Shown here piece by piece: positions 45,201-58,170 of a DNA stretch of 64,000 nt. Origin of the DNA: Rebecca billardiae RCC1528. Taxonomy: Eukaryota; Protista; Haptophyta. Under the pieces are notes generated by a model. The model did not search any database and had not been told where the DNA came from. It was given only the letters and a program-made list of their open reading frames with translations. The number at the start of each line of letters is the position of its first letter. Within the stretch, counting starts at the first letter, position 1. The stretch is taken from the NCBI GenBank assembly GCA_965240325.2, contig OZ251222.1, positions 4,588,001 through 4,652,000 of the forward strand, read 5' to 3'. The position numbers and the translations under genes are program-made.

Positions 45201-48200
45201 AGCCCGCCACCGAGCCCTCCACCACCGAGCCCGCCACCGCCACCACCACCAAGCCCGCCGCCGCCGAGCCTGCCGCCGCTCCCGCCGCCATCGCCGCCGC
45301 CGTCGCCACTGCCGCCCAGCTCGCCACCGCCGCCACCGCCGTCACCGCCGCCGAGCCCGCCACCCAGTCCGCCACCGCCGAGCCCGCCGCCGCCTCCGCC
45401 GCCGTCGCCGCCGCCATCTCCACCGCCGAGTCCGCCACCACCGAGCCCTCCTCCGCCGCCTCCACCGTCACCGCCGCCGAGCCCTCCACCAAGCCCGCCC
45501 CCGCCGAGCCCGCCGCCGCCACCGCCGCCATCTCCGCCGCCGTCACCACCGCCGCCCAGCTCGCCACCGCCGCCACCGCCGTCGCCACCACAGAGACCGC
45601 CGCCAAGCCCGCCACCGCCGAGCCCGCCACCGCTACCGCCACCGTCGCCGCCTCCATCGCCACCGCCGCCCAGCTTGCCGCCCCCTCCGCCACCATCGCC
45701 GCCACCGAGGCCGCCGCCCAGCCCGCCACCGCCAAGTCAGCCGCCGCCACCGCCGCCATCGCCACCACCGTCGCCCCCACCGCCATCTCCGCCACCGAGC
45801 CCACCCCCGCCGTCGTTGCCACCCACGCCACCTCCGCCTTGCAACGGCAATGGCGCGGTTCAGGCGACTGCGTACTCGGGCGGTCCTCCGACGGGCTACT
45901 CGTGCGTCTTTGACGACAAGGCGGGGCCTCCCCGGCCGCGCCGCCTGTCGAGTGTGCCTGACGTGGTGGGTGCGCGTGACGAGGACGAGTGCGCTGCCGC
46001 GCTGTACAGCGTGTGCTCGGTGTTCAGCTTCTGGGCGGACACGGGCGAGTGCTACTGCTGCCCGGACCCGTTCACGCTCTACCCGCGCCCCTTCTCCGAC
46101 CTATGGGAGTCGGAGTGGGTGTGCTCGCCGCAGCCGCCGCCACCAGGCCCGCCGCCAAGTCCACCACCTCCCAGCCAACCTCCCCCGCAACCACCTTCGC
46201 CACCGCCTTCGCCGCCGCCACCGGTCGCTGGTAGTGGCGGCCCTGGCGGGCCCACTCCGCCACCGTCGCCGCCGCCTTCGCCGCCACCCTCGCCGCCATC
46301 ATCGCCGCCACCGCCTCCCCCGAATCCGTCGCCTCCGCCCACCAGCGCCGGCAGCGGCGGCGGACCCACGCCGCCGCCCTCGCCGCCGCCCTCGCCGCCG
46401 CCTCCGGGCGACTGGATCAGCCAGGCGGTCGAGGAGCTGCTCGGCCTGGGCGTGCTGCCGGACCCAGAGCCTTCGACGACCGCTTCGTCCGCGACGTCCG
46501 CGCCCACAGACGACGACGGCGACGGCGGCGGCGGTGGCGCGGACGAGACGTTTGGCGAGGCGAGCTACCGCGCCGACCGTGTCAACGAGGCGGTGGACGA
46601 CTTCCTCGTGCGCCAGATCAGCAGCACTGGGCCGGGCGTGACGAGCGTCTCGAGCGTGGAGACGCAGTACGGCACGGCTGGCATCGTGCTGCGGGGCGTC
46701 GGCACCTCGACGTTCGGGCTGAGCGACATTGTCGTCGACTCGCCCGCCGTGCCGGTGTCGGACGGCGACACGGCCGCCGCCACGTTCACCATCCCAGTGT
46801 CCACGCTCGAGTTCATGCTGGGCCGCGGGCTGCTCAACGTGACCAACGCGTCCGAGATCCGCTCGCTGCACGTGGCCGTCGTGCTGTGGGAGAACAACTA
46901 CCGCGCGTTCGCCGGGCTCGACGGGTTCGTCCTGGCGGACACGCTCACGAGCGTGACCGTGTGGCTCAACGGCGCGCCGCTCGACGTGGACTTCACGCAG
47001 CTCACGCAGCCGGGCGAGGCGCCGCCCGTGGTGACGATCTCGCTGCCGGTCGACCCGTCCGTGCTGCCGGCCGAGAGCGCGGGCTTCAGCTGCCGCTTCT
47101 GGGGCGGTGAGGCGTGGGTGAACAAGGGGTGCGTGGACGTGGGCGACCCGCTCGACTCGGTGGTCGAGTGCGAGTGCACGCACCTCACCGACTTCATCGC
47201 CGTGTACGAGGCGAGCGCCGCGCCCAGCGAGGACCCCGGCCTGGCCTCGACCGACCCGCCGCTCAACGTGAATGCGATCTCGCTCGACCGCGTGAGCTTC
47301 TCGTACTCTGCGCTGGTGATCCTCTTCTTCCTGCTGCTGGTCTACGCCTCGCTCTACTACTGCGCGCACAGGCGGGACCGGCACATCGAGCGCGAGCCAT
47401 TCGTGCCGCTGTGGAAGCGCAAGGAGGACGAGCACCTGTGCTACGCGCTCGGCGCCGCGCTGATCTCGCGCTCGACCGTCTCGTGGTGGCTCGCGCGGCT
47501 GCCGGGCGAGCTGGACACGTCGCGGCAGCGCGTGACGGTGCTGTACAACACTCTGCTCGCCGAGCTGCTGATGATCCTCGTCTTCATCGGGCAGGACAAC
47601 TCGCTCGCGCACCAGGTGCTCACGCTCGCCGCGGTCTCGATCGCGGCGGGCGTGCCCTTCGAGTTCGCCATCCACTTCCTCTTCCGCTGGGCGAACCGGC
47701 GCCGCCCGCTGCACCGGCTCAAGGCGAAGCTCATCAAGAAGTACGGCCGAGAGCTCAGGCAGCGGACGCTGTGGCGCCGCTTCTGCGGCTGCTGCGCGCG
47801 CGTGCTCCCCTTCCGCCTCGGCCTCGCGCCGCGCGAGGAGGAGTTCACCTCGGCTGTGCAGCACGCGCCGACGGATGACGACCTCTCGCCGCGTCGCCCG
47901 TCGCGCCCGTCGGACGGAGCGCCGGTCACACCCGTCCCGACGTCACCGCCGCCCAGCCCGCCGGTGCTTGAGCCGGCACCGGGCTCGCGCTTTGGCTCGC
48001 TCGTCGCGCGCGTGCGCGCACAGCCGTCGCTGGGGGACGACGAGGCTGCGGAGGCAGCTGCAGAGTTAGACGAGGCGGTGGACGTGGGCGCCGCGCGTGC
48101 CTCGCTCGAGCGGCGTGCCTCGCAGCTCGGCCTGCCGCAGGACTGGCACGACCTGATCGCCGACGACGACTCGGAGACGTCGTCGCGGCCGGCGCTGCGG

Positions 48201-49514
48201 GACCTGCTCGGCGCGCGCAGCGACACGGCCGGCTCCGAGCGCTCCTCGGTGGCGACGTCCGCGCACGCCGAGCCCAAGCACCGCGCAACGCCGCACGCCG
48301 CGCCGCTTCAGGACGATGGCCGCAGCGTGCCGCTGCCGCTGCTCTCGAGCGCACACAAGCTGCTGTACGTCTGCCCGTCCACGGTGGGCATCGCGCCGCG
48401 CCACGGCGAGCAGGTGGAGAACGCGGGCGCGCGCGACTCGATCCGGATGCCCGCCAAGGCGCTGATGGCCGTGCACACGCGCCGCGGCGAGATGGTGGGC
48501 TTCTTCGTGCACGTGGGCGTGGCGGACGCGACCGAGCTCGCGCGCAAGCGCTTCAACGAGCGCCGCGTCGCGATGCAGCGGCGGCTCGCCAGCCCGCTCA
48601 AGCGCATGATGGACGCCATCGTGCCGAGCCATCGGCATGAGGAGGGCGCTCAGCACGCAGCGGCGGCGGAGGCGTCAGGCGCGTTCGGCGACGTCCATGT
48701 GCAGCACACCGAGTACCGGCCGGAGCACGTGCCCGACCTGCGCTTCGTGCAGGCGCACCTCGTGTACAAGGCGGCCGACGCGCCCGCCGACCAGGTGGCC
48801 ACGCGCTACTACCACGTCAAGCCGACCGCGGCCGAGCGGCTCGCGAAGAAGCGCAGCGCGATGGTGCACGTCGTGCCCTTTGGCTCGCCTTTTGTCGACG
48901 GCCGGCCCGTGCACTCAGCCGACCTCTTCTGCGAGCCCGACGTGGCGCGCGCGCACCTGCTGGCCGCGTACGCAAAGGCACCGGGGCGGGCGGTCGCGCC
49001 TTCGCCGTCCGCGGCGGTGGAGCCCGACGCGGCCGGCAGGCGGCGGGGCTCGACCGGCGCGGCGGCCCGGGCCACGGAGGCGGCGAAGCCGCACTCGCCC
49101 CGCCGCCGCCGGCTCGCCGCGTCCGAGCAGCTCTCGGACGTGGAGGCGTACTCGCGCATCGACGAGAAGTCGCTCAAGATCGCGCAGCTGTGGTGGTCGC
49201 TGCCGCGCCGGTGGAAGGTGCTGCTCGCGTGGAGCGTGCACGCCGTGCTCGGGCTGGCCATGTACTTCGCGATCATCCTGTACTCGCTCACCAACCCGAT
49301 CCTGCAGGACCTCGGCATGTGGACGGGCCCGGTCGTGTCGACGGTCGTGCACGCGCAGCTCATCAAGCTGCTCGTGATGGAGCCGGCCATGGCGTTCGCG
49401 TCGCCGCTTGCCAAGTTTGCGCTGGCGTGCCTGCCGGAGGAGGTGCAGGACATGATCGTGGAGTACATCCTCTCGCCCATCGGGCGGCTCTTCGCGCTGT
49501 GCACATTCCAATGA
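32661..49514 (+). CDS. Giant (5617 aa) cell-surface protein: signal peptide, parallel beta-helix, extensin-like SPn stalk, TPGYWKNH domain, 8 Cys-rich modules, GAIN/GPS motif, polycystin-1-like membrane region
   Basis: Single uninterrupted ORF from ATG 32661 (MRARPLAALLALASIASVTA); GGA(L/W/A/V)x repeats; GPS SCRFW...W...GC...VECECTHLTDF; about five hydrophobic helices in the C-terminal region. Confidence 0.88.
35820..46400 (+). repeat. Higher-order coding repeat: SPn tracts alternating with eight near-identical 285-bp Cys-rich modules
   Basis: Modules start at 36813, 37959, 39399, 40839, 42165, 43605, 44817, 45840 (periods 1146, 1440, 1440, 1326, 1440, 1212, 1023 bp). Confidence 0.95.
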
Positions 49515-49694
49515 CATGACTGCCAAATACTGCGGAAACAGGGGCAGGCGTCGGGCGCCTATCGCAAGCCTTGACACTTGCAAGAACGGTTCAGCCATCA
49601 TCCATCGTTGTCCGGCCATGATGTGCCACCGACCGTTACTTCTCGCCACAAGGCGTGTAACGTCACATTCACATTTCGAATAATATCTACTTCC

Positions 49695-50800
49695 CAAGGG
49701 AGGTCCGGGCCGGGAGCTCCCAGCGAGCGGCCAGCGCGACATCACCTCAAGGTTTTTTCCTGAGCGCCGGGCGGCAGCGGCGGCGAGGGCGGTGCTCCGC
49801 TGGCGGGGCGCGCACGGGGCACGGCGCTGCGGGCGCGGATGTGCCCGCAGAGCCGGCGCGTGCGGACGGGCTGTTGCGGGAGAGCATCTGGCGCCCTCCT
49901 GCGCCGCGCGCATTGCGCCACGCCTCTTTCGCCTTGACTCAGGGCAGCGCGCACATGCGCGCCGCGTCAAGGCCAGCCTTGCCGCGCCGCAGCCGACCGC
50001 GCGCGCGCCGTGCGCGGCGTGGTCGGGAAGGAACGGGCGTGGCTGCCGGGCGAGATGGCGACATCACGTGCGCACGCCATGCCGCCCCGCCACGCCTTGA
50101 CGAGCGTGTCGCCGGTCCGTTTGCACGCCTCTTCGAGTTGTCTCAAATGGTCTGCACGGCCTCGCGGTCGCGACCCTTGTCGGGACGATCATTGAGACAC
50201 AGAACAGTGCCAGACGGGCACGCGGACTACTCTTACATGAATGTCCATCACCACGTGGCCATGTAGAAGTGCTGGGTGCGACGCTTTCCTCGCGCTGATG
50301 CACTTTCATCATCTTTTTCGAGCTCAGGTCTGGCTTCAGGCACGGCAAGAAATCAGCACTCGTCAACAGCTGTGCGGATCCGTTATCGCGCCCTTTCGCG
50401 GCGCCGCGGGACGACATGGCGTGCGCACGTGATGTCGCCATCTCGCCCGGCAGCCGCGCCCGTTCCTTCCCGACCACGCCGCGCACGGCGCGCGTGCGGT
50501 CGGCTGCGGCGCGGCAAGGCTGGCCTTGACGCAGCGCGCATGTGCGCGCTGCCCTGAGTCAAGGCGAAAGAGGCGTGGCGCAATGCGCGCGGCGCAGGAG
50601 GGCGCCAGATGCTCTCCCGCAACAGCCCGTCCGCACGCGCCGGCTCTGCGGACACATCCGCGCCCGCAGCGCCGTGCCCCGTGCGCGCCCCGCCAGCGGA
50701 GCACCGCCCTCGCCGCCGCTGCCGCCCGGCGCTCAGGAAAAACCTTGAGGTGATGTCGCGCTGGCCGCTCGCTGGGAGCTCCCGGCCCGGACCTCCCTTG
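49695..50800. mobile_element. Foldback element, 1106 bp, ~396-bp TIRs, CAAGGG...CCCTTG termini, 7-bp TSD TACTTCC (P-superfamily-like ends)
   Basis: 49695-50090 is a near-perfect reverse complement of 50406-50800; TACTTCC at 49688-49694 and 50801-50807. Confidence 0.93.
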
Positions 50801-51247
50801 TACTTCCGCTTGCCCAACCATAGGACAATTTTCATCATGCTTCATACCTTATGTAAGTCTCGTTAGGGCTTCCGCATATTTGCTCTAACCAACTGCCCTT
50901 TTTCGGCGTTTCGGTGCAGCCCCGGCTCGAGGTTCACGAATTCGCGATGACGAAATGGTCATTTGCGGCCTCGCCGAGGAACTATGAAATGCGCGAGATT
51001 CCCGCCCGTCCTTTCGGATAGTGCTTAATTGATGTAAGTACTATGCAGAGGTGCGGAGAAACTGTATTGACCTGATATGTGGGTGATCTTCATCAAGCTG
51101 CATCCGATGGCCGCGCATCCAAATTCAATCTCGAAATCGGGGCTACAGCGGAGCAGGGCCTCATCAGCGGGGCGCCTGGTGCCACAGAGACAACGTGTTC
51201 GAGCATTCGCACGCACGGAAGCGAGGGCCCTCGTCCGAAGGGCCACG

Positions 51248-54200
51248 ATGAGGTTGGCGGAGTCAGCGACGCTCCTCGCGCTCACAAGCACCCTGGCTGT
51301 CGCGGTGGGCTCGCCGCTGCCTTCAGCATCGCCATCCTCGTCGCCCTCGCCCCTCGGCAGCCCTCCGCCCGCTGGGGGCTACGAGGCGTGCACGCCCGGC
51401 TACTGGAAGAACCACCTCCCGCAGTGGGCGCCCGCCGCCATCTCGCCCTCGAGCGCGTTCAACGCGCACTTCGCGCTCACGTCCGCAGAGTCGGGCTGGT
51501 CCGACCGCGCAGGCGCCGCGGGCGCGTGGGAGCTGCTCGAGGTGATGCAGGATGGCGCCCGAAAGGAGAACGCCCACGGCAACAACTGGTGGCAGCTCTC
51601 GCGCACCGCTGTCGCGGCCGTGCTCAACGCGGGCCACCCTGACGTGACGTACCCGCTCAGCGCGGCGGAGGTGATCACGATGGTGCAGGACGCGATGCAG
51701 CTGCCGCCCGAGGACTTCCAGGCGGAGGTGGAGCGCGTGAAGACGCTGCTCGACGACATGCACAACGAGTGGCCGTGCCCGCTCGGCAATGCGCTGCCCG
51801 AGCCGAGCCCGCCCCCTGCGCAGCCCTCACTGCCGTCGCCGCCAAGCTCGCCACCGCCGTCGCCGCCGTCATTTTCGCCGCCGCCCACGGCCGGCACGCC
51901 ATCGCCACCGCCACCGCCGAGCCCGTCGCCGCCGCCTTCGCCGCCACCACCTTCGCCGACCGGTGCGCACGGCTCCCCGCCCCCGCCGAGCCCGTCGCCG
52001 CCGCCTCCGTCATCGCCGCCGTCGCCGACCGGTGCGCACGGCTCGCCGCCGCTACCGAGCCCGTCACCGCCGCCTCCGTCATCGCCGCCGCCGCCGACCG
52101 GTGCGCACGGCTCGCCGCCCCCGCCGAACCCGTCGCCACCGCCTCCGTCCTCGCCCTCCTCGTCGCCCTCGCCCCTCGGCAGCCCTCCGCCCGCCGGGGG
52201 CTACGAGGCGTGCACGCCCGGCTACTGGAAGAACCACCTCCCGCAGTGGGGGCCCGCCGCCATCTCGCCCTCGAGCGCGTTCAACGCGCACTTCGCGCTC
52301 ACGTCCGCAGAGTCGGGCTGGTCCGACCGCGCAGGCGCCGCGGGCGCGTGGGAGCTGCTCGAGGTGATGCAGGATGGCGCCCGAACGCACAACGCCCACG
52401 GCAACAACTGGTGGCAGCTCTCGCGCACCGCTGCCGCGGCCGTGCTCAACGCGGGCCACCCTGACGTGACGTACCCGCTCACCGCGGCGGAGGTGATCAC
52501 GATGGTGGGGGACGCGATGCAGCTGCCGCCCGAGGACTTCCAGGCGGAGGTGGAGCGCGTGAAGACGCTGCTCGACGACATGCACAACGAGTGGCCGTGC
52601 CCGCTCGGCAATGCGCTGCCCGAGCCGAGCCCGCCGCCTGCGCAGCCCTCACTGCCGTCGCCGCCAAGCTCGCCAGCGCCGTCGCCGCCGTCATTTTCGC
52701 CGCCGCCCACGACCGGCACGCCATCGCCACCGCCACCGCCGAGCCCGTCGCCGCCGCCTTCGCCGCCACCACCTTCGCCGACCGGTGCGCACGGCTCCCC
52801 GCCCCCGCCGAGCCCGTCACCGCCGCCTCCGTCATCGCCGCCGCCGCCGACCGGTGCGCACGGCTCGCCGCCGCCACCGAGCCCGTCACCGCCGCCTCCG
52901 TCATCGCCGCCGCCGCCGACCGGTGCGTTCGGCTCGCCGCCGCCACCGAGCCCGTCGCCGCCGCCTCCGTCATCGCCGCCGCCGCCCACCGGTGCGCACG
53001 GTTCGCCGCCGCCACCGAGCCCGTCACCGCCGCCTTCGCCGCCGCCGCCGCCGCCGAGCCCATCGCCGCCGCCGCCGCCATCGCCACCGCCGCCATTCGA
53101 ACCGCCGTCGCCGCCGCCTTCGCCGCCACCGCCGCCGCCGAGCGGTGCGCACGGCTCCCCGCCCCCGCCGAGCCCGTCACCGCCGCCTCCGTCATCGCCG
53201 CCGCCGCCGACCGGTGCGCACGGCTCGCCGCCGCCACCGAGCCCGTCACCGCCGCCTCCGTCATCGCCGCCGCCGCCGACCGGTGCGTTCGGCTCGCCGC
53301 CGCCACCGAGCCCGTCGCCGCCGCCTCCGTCATCGCCGCCGCCGCCCACCGGTGCGCACGGTTCGCCGCCGCCACCGAGCCCGTCACCGCCGCCTTCGCC
53401 GCCGCCGCCGCCGCCGAGCCCATCGCCGCCGCCGCCGCCATCGCCACCGCCGCCATTCGAACCGCCGCCGCCGCCGCCTTCGCCGCCACCGCCGCCGCCG
53501 AGCGGTGCGCACGGCTCGCCGCCCCCGCCGAGCCCGTCACCGCCGCCTCCGTCATCGCCGCCGCCGCCGACCGGTGCGCACGGCTCGCCGCCGCCGCCGA
53601 GCCCGTCACCGCCGCCTCCGTCATCGCCGCCGCCGCCGACCGGTGCGCACGGCTCGCCGCCCCCGCCGAGCCCGTCGCCGCCGCCTCCGTCATCGCCGCC
53701 GCCGCCGACCGGTGCGCACGGCTCGCCGCCGCCACCGAGCCCGTCACCGCCGCCTCCGTCATCGCCGCCGCCGCCGACCGGTGCGCACGGCTCGCCGCCG
53801 CCGCCGAGCCCGTCACCGCCGCCTCCGTCATCGCCGCCGCCGCCCACCGGTGCGCACGGTTCGCCGCCGCCACCGAGCCCGTCACCGCCGCCTTCGCCGC
53901 CGCCGCCGCCGCCGAGCCCATCGCCGCCGCCGCCGCCATCGCCACCGCCGCCATTCGAACCGCCGCCGCCGCCGCCTTCGCCGCCACCGCCGCCGCCGAG
54001 CGGTGCGCACGGCTCGCCGCCCCCGCCGAGCCCGTCACCGCCGCCTCCGTCATCGCCGCCGCCGCCGACCGGTGCGCACGGCTCGCCGCCGCCACCGAGC
54101 CCGTCACCGCCGCCTCCGTCATCGCCGCCGCCGCCGACCGGTGCGCACGGCTCGCCGCCGCCACCGAGCCCGTCACCGCCGCCTCCGTCATCGCCGCCGC

Positions 54201-54737
54201 CGCCGACCGGTGCGCACGGCTCGCCGCCCCCGCCGAGCCCGTCGCCGCCGCCTCCGTCATCGCCGCCGCCGCCGACCGGTGCGCACGGCTCGCCGCCGCC
54301 ACCGAGCCCGTCACCGCCGCCTCCGTCATCGCCGCCACCGCCGACCGGTGCGCACGGCTCGCCGCCGCCGCCGAGCCCGTCACCGCCGCCTCCGTCATCG
54401 CCGCCGCCGCCCACCGGTGCGCACGGTTCGCCGCCGCCACCGAGCCCGTCACCGCCGCCTTCGCCGCCGCCGCCGCCGCCGAGCCCATCGCCGCCGCCGC
54501 CTTCGCCGCCACCGCCGCCGCCGAGCGGTGCGCACGGCTCGCCGCCGCCGCCGAGCCCGTCGCCACCGCCTCCGTCATCGCCGCCGCCGCCGACCGGTGC
54601 GCACGGCTCGCCGCCGCCACCGAGCCCGTCACCGCCGCCTCCGTCATCGCCGCCGCCGCCGACCGGTGCGCACGGCTCGCCGCCGCCACCGAGCCCGTCA
54701 CCGCCGCCTTCGCCGCCGCCGCCGCCGCCGAGCCCAT

Positions 54738-54768
<31 letters not shown>

Positions 54769-55028
54769 ATTCGAACCGCCGCCGCCGCCGCCTTCGCCGC
54801 CACCGCCGCCGCCGAGCGGTGCGCACGGCTCGCCGCCCCCGCCGAGCCCGTCACCGCCGCCTCCGTCATCGCCGCCGCCGCCGACCGGTGCGCACGGCTC
54901 GCCACCGCCACCGAGCCCGTCACCGCCGCCTCCGTCATCGCCGCCGCCGCCGAACGGTGCGCACGGTTCGCCGCCGCCACCGAGCCCGTCACCGCCGCCT
55001 TCGCCGCCGCCGCCGCCGCCGAGCCCAT

Positions 55029-55059
<31 letters not shown>

Positions 55060-55319
55060 ATTCGAACCGCCGCCGCCGCCGCCTTCGCCGCCGCCACCGC
55101 CGCCGACCGGTGCGCACGGCTCGCCGCCGCCACCGAGCCCGTCGCCGCCGCCTCCGTCATCGCCACCGCCGCCGACCGGTGCGCACGGCTCGCCGCCGCC
55201 GCCGAGCCGGCCGCCACCGCCTCCGTCATCGCCGCCGCCGCCGAACGGTGCGCACGGTTCGCCGCCGCCACCGAGCCCGTCACCGCCGCCTTCGCCGCCG
55301 CCGCCGCCGCCGAGCCCAT

Positions 55320-55350
<31 letters not shown>

Positions 55351-56300
55351 ATTCGAACCGCCGCCGCCGCCGCCTTCGCCGCCACCGCCGCCACCGACCG
55401 GTGCGCACGGCTCGCCGCCGCCTCCGAGCCCGTCGCCGCCGCCTCCGTCATCGCCACCGCCGCCGACCGGTGCGCACGGCTCGCCGCCGCCGCCGAGCCG
55501 GTCGCCACCGCCTCCGTCATCGCCGCCGCCGCCGACCGGTGCGCACGGCTCGCCGCCCCCGCCGAGCCCGTCACCGCCGCCTCCGTCATCGCCGCCGCCG
55601 CCGACCGGTGCGCACGGCTCGCCGCCGCCGCCGAGCCCGTCGCCACCGCCTCCGTCATCGCCGCCGCCGCCGACCGGTGCGCACGGCTCGCCGCCGCCAC
55701 CGAGCCCGTCACCGCCGCCTCCGTCATCGCCGCCGCCGCCGAACGGTGCGCACGGCTCGCCGCCGCCACCGAGCCCGTCACCGCCGCCTCCGTCATCGCC
55801 GCCGCCGCCGACCGGTGCGCACGGCTCGCCGCCGCCGCCGAGCCCGTCGCCACCGCCTCCGTCATCGCCGCCGCCGCCGAACGGTGCGCACGGCTCGCCG
55901 CCGCCACCGAGCCCGTCACCGCCGCCTCCGTCATCGCCGCCGCCGCCGACCGGTGCGCACGGCTCGCCGCCGCCGCCGAGCCCGTCGCCACCGCCTCCGT
56001 CATCGCCGCCGCCGCCGACCGGTGCGCACGGCTCGCCGCCGCCGCCGAGCCCGTCGCCACCGCCTCCGTCATCGCCGCCGCCGCCGACCGGTGCGCACGG
56101 CTCGCCGCCGCCACCGAGCCCGTCACCGCCGCCTCCGTCATCGCCGCCACCGCCGACCGGTGCGCACGGCTCGCCGCCGCCGCCGAGCCCGTCGCCGCCG
56201 CCTCCGTCATCGCCGCCGCCGCCGAACGGTGCGCACGGTTCGCCGCCGCCACCGAGCCCGTCACCGCCGCCTTCGCCGCCGCCGCCGCCGCCGAGCCCAT

Positions 56301-56331
<31 letters not shown>

Positions 56332-57074
56332 ATTCGAACCGCCGCCGCCGCCGCCTTCGCCGCCACCGCCGCCACCGACCGGTGCGCACGGCTCGCCGCC
56401 GCCACCGAGCCCGTCGCCGCCGCCTCCGTCATCGCCACCGCCGCCGACCGGTGCGCACGGCTCGCCGCCGCCGCCGAGCCGGTCGCCACCGCCTCCGTCA
56501 TCGCCGCCGCCGCCGAACGGTGCGCACGGTTCGCCGCCGCCACCGAGCCCGTCACCGCCGCCTCCGTCATCGCCGCCGCCGCCGACCGGTGCGCACGGCT
56601 CGCCGCCGCCACCGAGCCCGTCACCGCCGCCTCCGTCATCGCCGCCGCCGCCGACCGGTGCGCACGGCTCGCCGCCGCCGCCGAGCCCGTCGCCACCGCC
56701 TCCGTCATCGCCGCCGCCGCCGAACGGTGCGCACGGCTCGCCGCCGCCACCGAGCCCGTCACCGCCGCCTCCGTCATCGCCGCCGCCGCCGACCGGTGCG
56801 CACGGCTCGCCGCCGCCGCCGAGCCCGTCGCCACCGCCTCCGTCATCGCCGCCGCCGCCGAACGGTGCGCACGGCTCGCCGCCGCCACCGAGCCCGTCAC
56901 CGCCGCCTCCGTCATCGCCGCCGCCGCCGACCGGTGCGCACGGCTCGCCGCCCCCGCCGAGCCCGTCACCGCCGCCTCCGTCATCGCCGCCGCCGCCGAC
57001 CGGTGCGCACGGTTCGCCGCCGCCACCGAGCCCGTCACCGCCGCCTTCGCCGCCGCCGCCGCCGCCGAGCCCAT

Positions 57075-57105
<31 letters not shown>

Positions 57106-57572
57106 ATTCGAACCGCCGCCGCCGCCGCCTTCGCCGCCACCGCCGCCACCGACCGGTGCGCACGGCTCGCCGCCGCCACCGAGCCCGTCGCCGCCGCCTC
57201 CGTCATCGCCACCGCCGCCGACCGGTGCGCACGGCTCGCCGCCGCCGCCGAGCCCGTCGCCGCCGCCTCCGTCATCGCCGCCGCCGCCGACCGGTGCGCA
57301 CGGCTCGCCGCCGCCGCCGAGCCCGTCGCCACCGCCTCCGTCATCGCCGCCGCCGCCGACCGGTGCGCACGGCTCGCCGCCGCCACCGAGCCCGTCACCG
57401 CCGCCTCCGTCATCGCCGCCACCGCCGACCGGTGCGCACGGCTCGCCGCCGCCGCCGAGCCCGTCGCCGCCGCCTCCGTCATCGCCGCCGCCGCCGAACG
57501 GTGCGCACGGTTCGCCGCCGCCACCGAGCCCGTCACCGCCGCCTTCGCCGCCGCCGCCGCCGCCGAGCCCAT

Positions 57573-57603
<31 letters not shown>

Positions 57604-58139
57604 ATTCGAACCGCCGCCGCCGCCGCCTTCGCCGCCACCGCCGCCACCGACCGGTGCGCACGGCTCGCCGCCGCCACCGAGCCCGTCGCCGCCGCCTCCG
57701 TCATCGCCACCGCCGCCGACCGGTGCGCACGGCTCGCCGCCGCCGCCGAGCCGGTCGCCACCGCCTCCGTCATCGCCGCCGCCGCCGAACGGTGCGCACG
57801 GTTCGCCGCCGCCACCGAGCCCGTCACCGCCGCCTCCGTCATCGCCGCCGCCGCCGACCGGTGCGCACGGCTCGCCGCCGCCACCGAGCCCGTCACCGCC
57901 GCCTCCGTCATCGCCGCCACCGCCGACCGGTGCGCACGGCTCGCCGCCGCCACCGAGCCCGTCACCGCCGCCTCCGTCATCGCCGCCACCGCCGACCGGT
58001 GCGCACGGCTCGCCGCCGCCGCCGAGCCCGTCGCCGCCGCCTCCGTCATCGCCGCCGCCGCCGAACGGTGCGCACGGTTCGCCGCCGCCACCGAGCCCGT
58101 CACCGCCGCCTTCGCCGCCGCCGCCGCCGCCGAGCCCAT

Positions 58140-58170
<31 letters not shown>

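Noticed and set aside
35809-46641. 3610-aa Arg/His-rich ORF and the many Ala/Thr- or Gly-rich ORFs overlapping the first giant gene
   Set aside because: Alternative-frame and antisense shadows of CCN-rich repeats; only the Pro/Ser frame gives a signal peptide and coherent domains
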